A DNA stretch of 46,447 bases from Actinomycetota bacterium. Lineage in GTDB: Bacteria > Actinomycetota > Acidimicrobiia > IMCC26256 > PALSA-555. Below the pieces are notes generated by a model. That model worked only from the letters and a program-made list of their open reading frames with translations, was not told the DNA's origin and did not search any database. Below are positions 45,551 to 46,447 of the stretch, in pieces (position 1 is the first letter of the stretch; each line of letters begins with the position of its first letter). Position numbers and translations under genes: made by a program. The stretch is taken from contig VGCA01000003.1 of NCBI GenBank assembly GCA_016870245.1, forward strand, positions 1-46,447, read 5' to 3'.

Positions 45551-46447
45551 ATGGACTTCGCGTTCACTCCCGCGGAGGACGCGTTCCGCGCCGAGCTGCG
45601 CGCGTTCCTCGCGGAGGCACTTCCCGACTGGTGGCGCGGCATGTTCGTCGATGACGAGCGGGTGATGCCGCTGACACGCGAGATCTGCGGCGAGCTCGCC
45701 GACCGGGGCTGGCTGACGATGGCCTGGCCCGCGGAGTACGGCGGCCGGGATGCCAGCGCGTGGATGCAGACGGTCCTGCGGGAGGAGATGTGGGCACACG
45801 AGGAGCCCCGCGGCCCGCAGTACATGAACCTCAACTACATCGGGCCGTTGCTCATGCGGTTCGGGACGCCCGACCAGCGCGCGCGGTTCCTCCCCCTCAT
45901 GGCCCGCGGCGGCGTGATCTTCACCCAGCTGTTCTCCGAGCCCGACGCCGGCTCCGACCTCGCGTCGCTGCGGACCCGGGGCGACGACCGGGGCGACCAC
46001 TTCGTGGTGAACGGCCAGAAGATCTGGTCCAGCTACGCCGACGCACCGGCGGACTGGGGGTTGCTGCTCGCCCGCACGGATCCCGACGCGGCGAAGCACG
46101 CGGGGATCAGCGTCTTCCTGCTCGACATGAACACCCCGGGCGTGACGGTGCGGCCCATCCCCACGATGGCCGGCCCCCACGAGTTCAACGAGGTGTTCTT
46201 CGACGACGTCGTGGTGCCGCGCACCGAGCTGCTCGGCGTCCAGAACGAGGGTTGGGACGTGATCACCACGGGGCTCACGTTCGAGCGCACCGGGATCGCG
46301 CGCTACGCGCGGGCCGCGGCCGTGCTCGAGCTGGGCGTGGAGTACGCCAACGAGACCGGTCGGTCGCGCGACCCCGAGGTGCGACGCCTGCTCGCCGATC
46401 TCGCCGCGCGGATCGAGGCGGCGCGCCTGTGCAGCTACCGCGCGATC
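45551..46447 (+). CDS. acyl-CoA dehydrogenase (partial, runs off the window)
   Basis: MDFAFT..., FSEPDAGSDLASLR and NGQKIWSS motifs; absent from the ORF track because the stop lies outside. Confidence 0.92.
   Translation, partial: MDFAFTPAEDAFRAELRAFLAEALPDWWRGMFVDDERVMPLTREICGELADRGWLTMAWPAEYGGRDASAWMQTVLREEMWAHEEPRGPQYMNLNYIGPLLMRFGTPDQRARFLPLMARGGVIFTQLFSEPDAGSDLASLRTRGDDRGDHFVVNGQKIWSSYADAPADWGLLLARTDPDAAKHAGISVFLLDMNTPGVTVRPIPTMAGPHEFNEVFFDDVVVPRTELLGVQNEGWDVITTGLTFERTGIARYARAAAVLELGVEYANETGRSRDPEVRRLLADLAARIEAARLCSYRAI

Overview
High-GC actinobacterial chromosomal window, probably Acidimicrobiia (inferred from gene content and style, not from a search). Left to right: end of bioF, bioD, a class III aminotransferase, a 3'-truncated alanine dehydrogenase fused tail-to-tail with a PilZ gene, tRNA-Lys, terC/usp/SnoaL, tRNA-Glu/Asp/Phe and bldC. 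Next comes a minus-strand purine cluster (purA-D-B-C-S-Q-L-F-M) interrupted by two small antisense genes, then fused P450 and amidohydrolase gene stumps and a frameshifted, catalytically atypical Cre-like recombinase. After that: a lipid/steroid-type catabolic cluster, an antiporter, clpB, an internally deleted MMPL gene, dnaK-grpE-dnaJ-hspR with HAIR operators flanked by two stand-alone cNMP-binding genes, an EtfD/FadF-like Fe-S oxidoreductase, dcd and tRNA-Gly. The window ends with a small accessory block, an SDR and a partial acyl-CoA dehydrogenase. The best candidate for an undescribed system is the accessory block: a single-pass membrane protein with a signal peptide, an extracellular domain and a predicted cytoplasmic PAAR spike-tip domain, with no injection-system genes in the window. 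Also notable: recurrent stop/start-overlapping mini-ORF linkers (two exactly 53 bp, one a tandem cascade before purS), a basic coiled-coil protein preceded by four 12-bp repeats inside the pur cluster, and three deletion-like junctions. All calls come from reading the sequence; no database searches were run.
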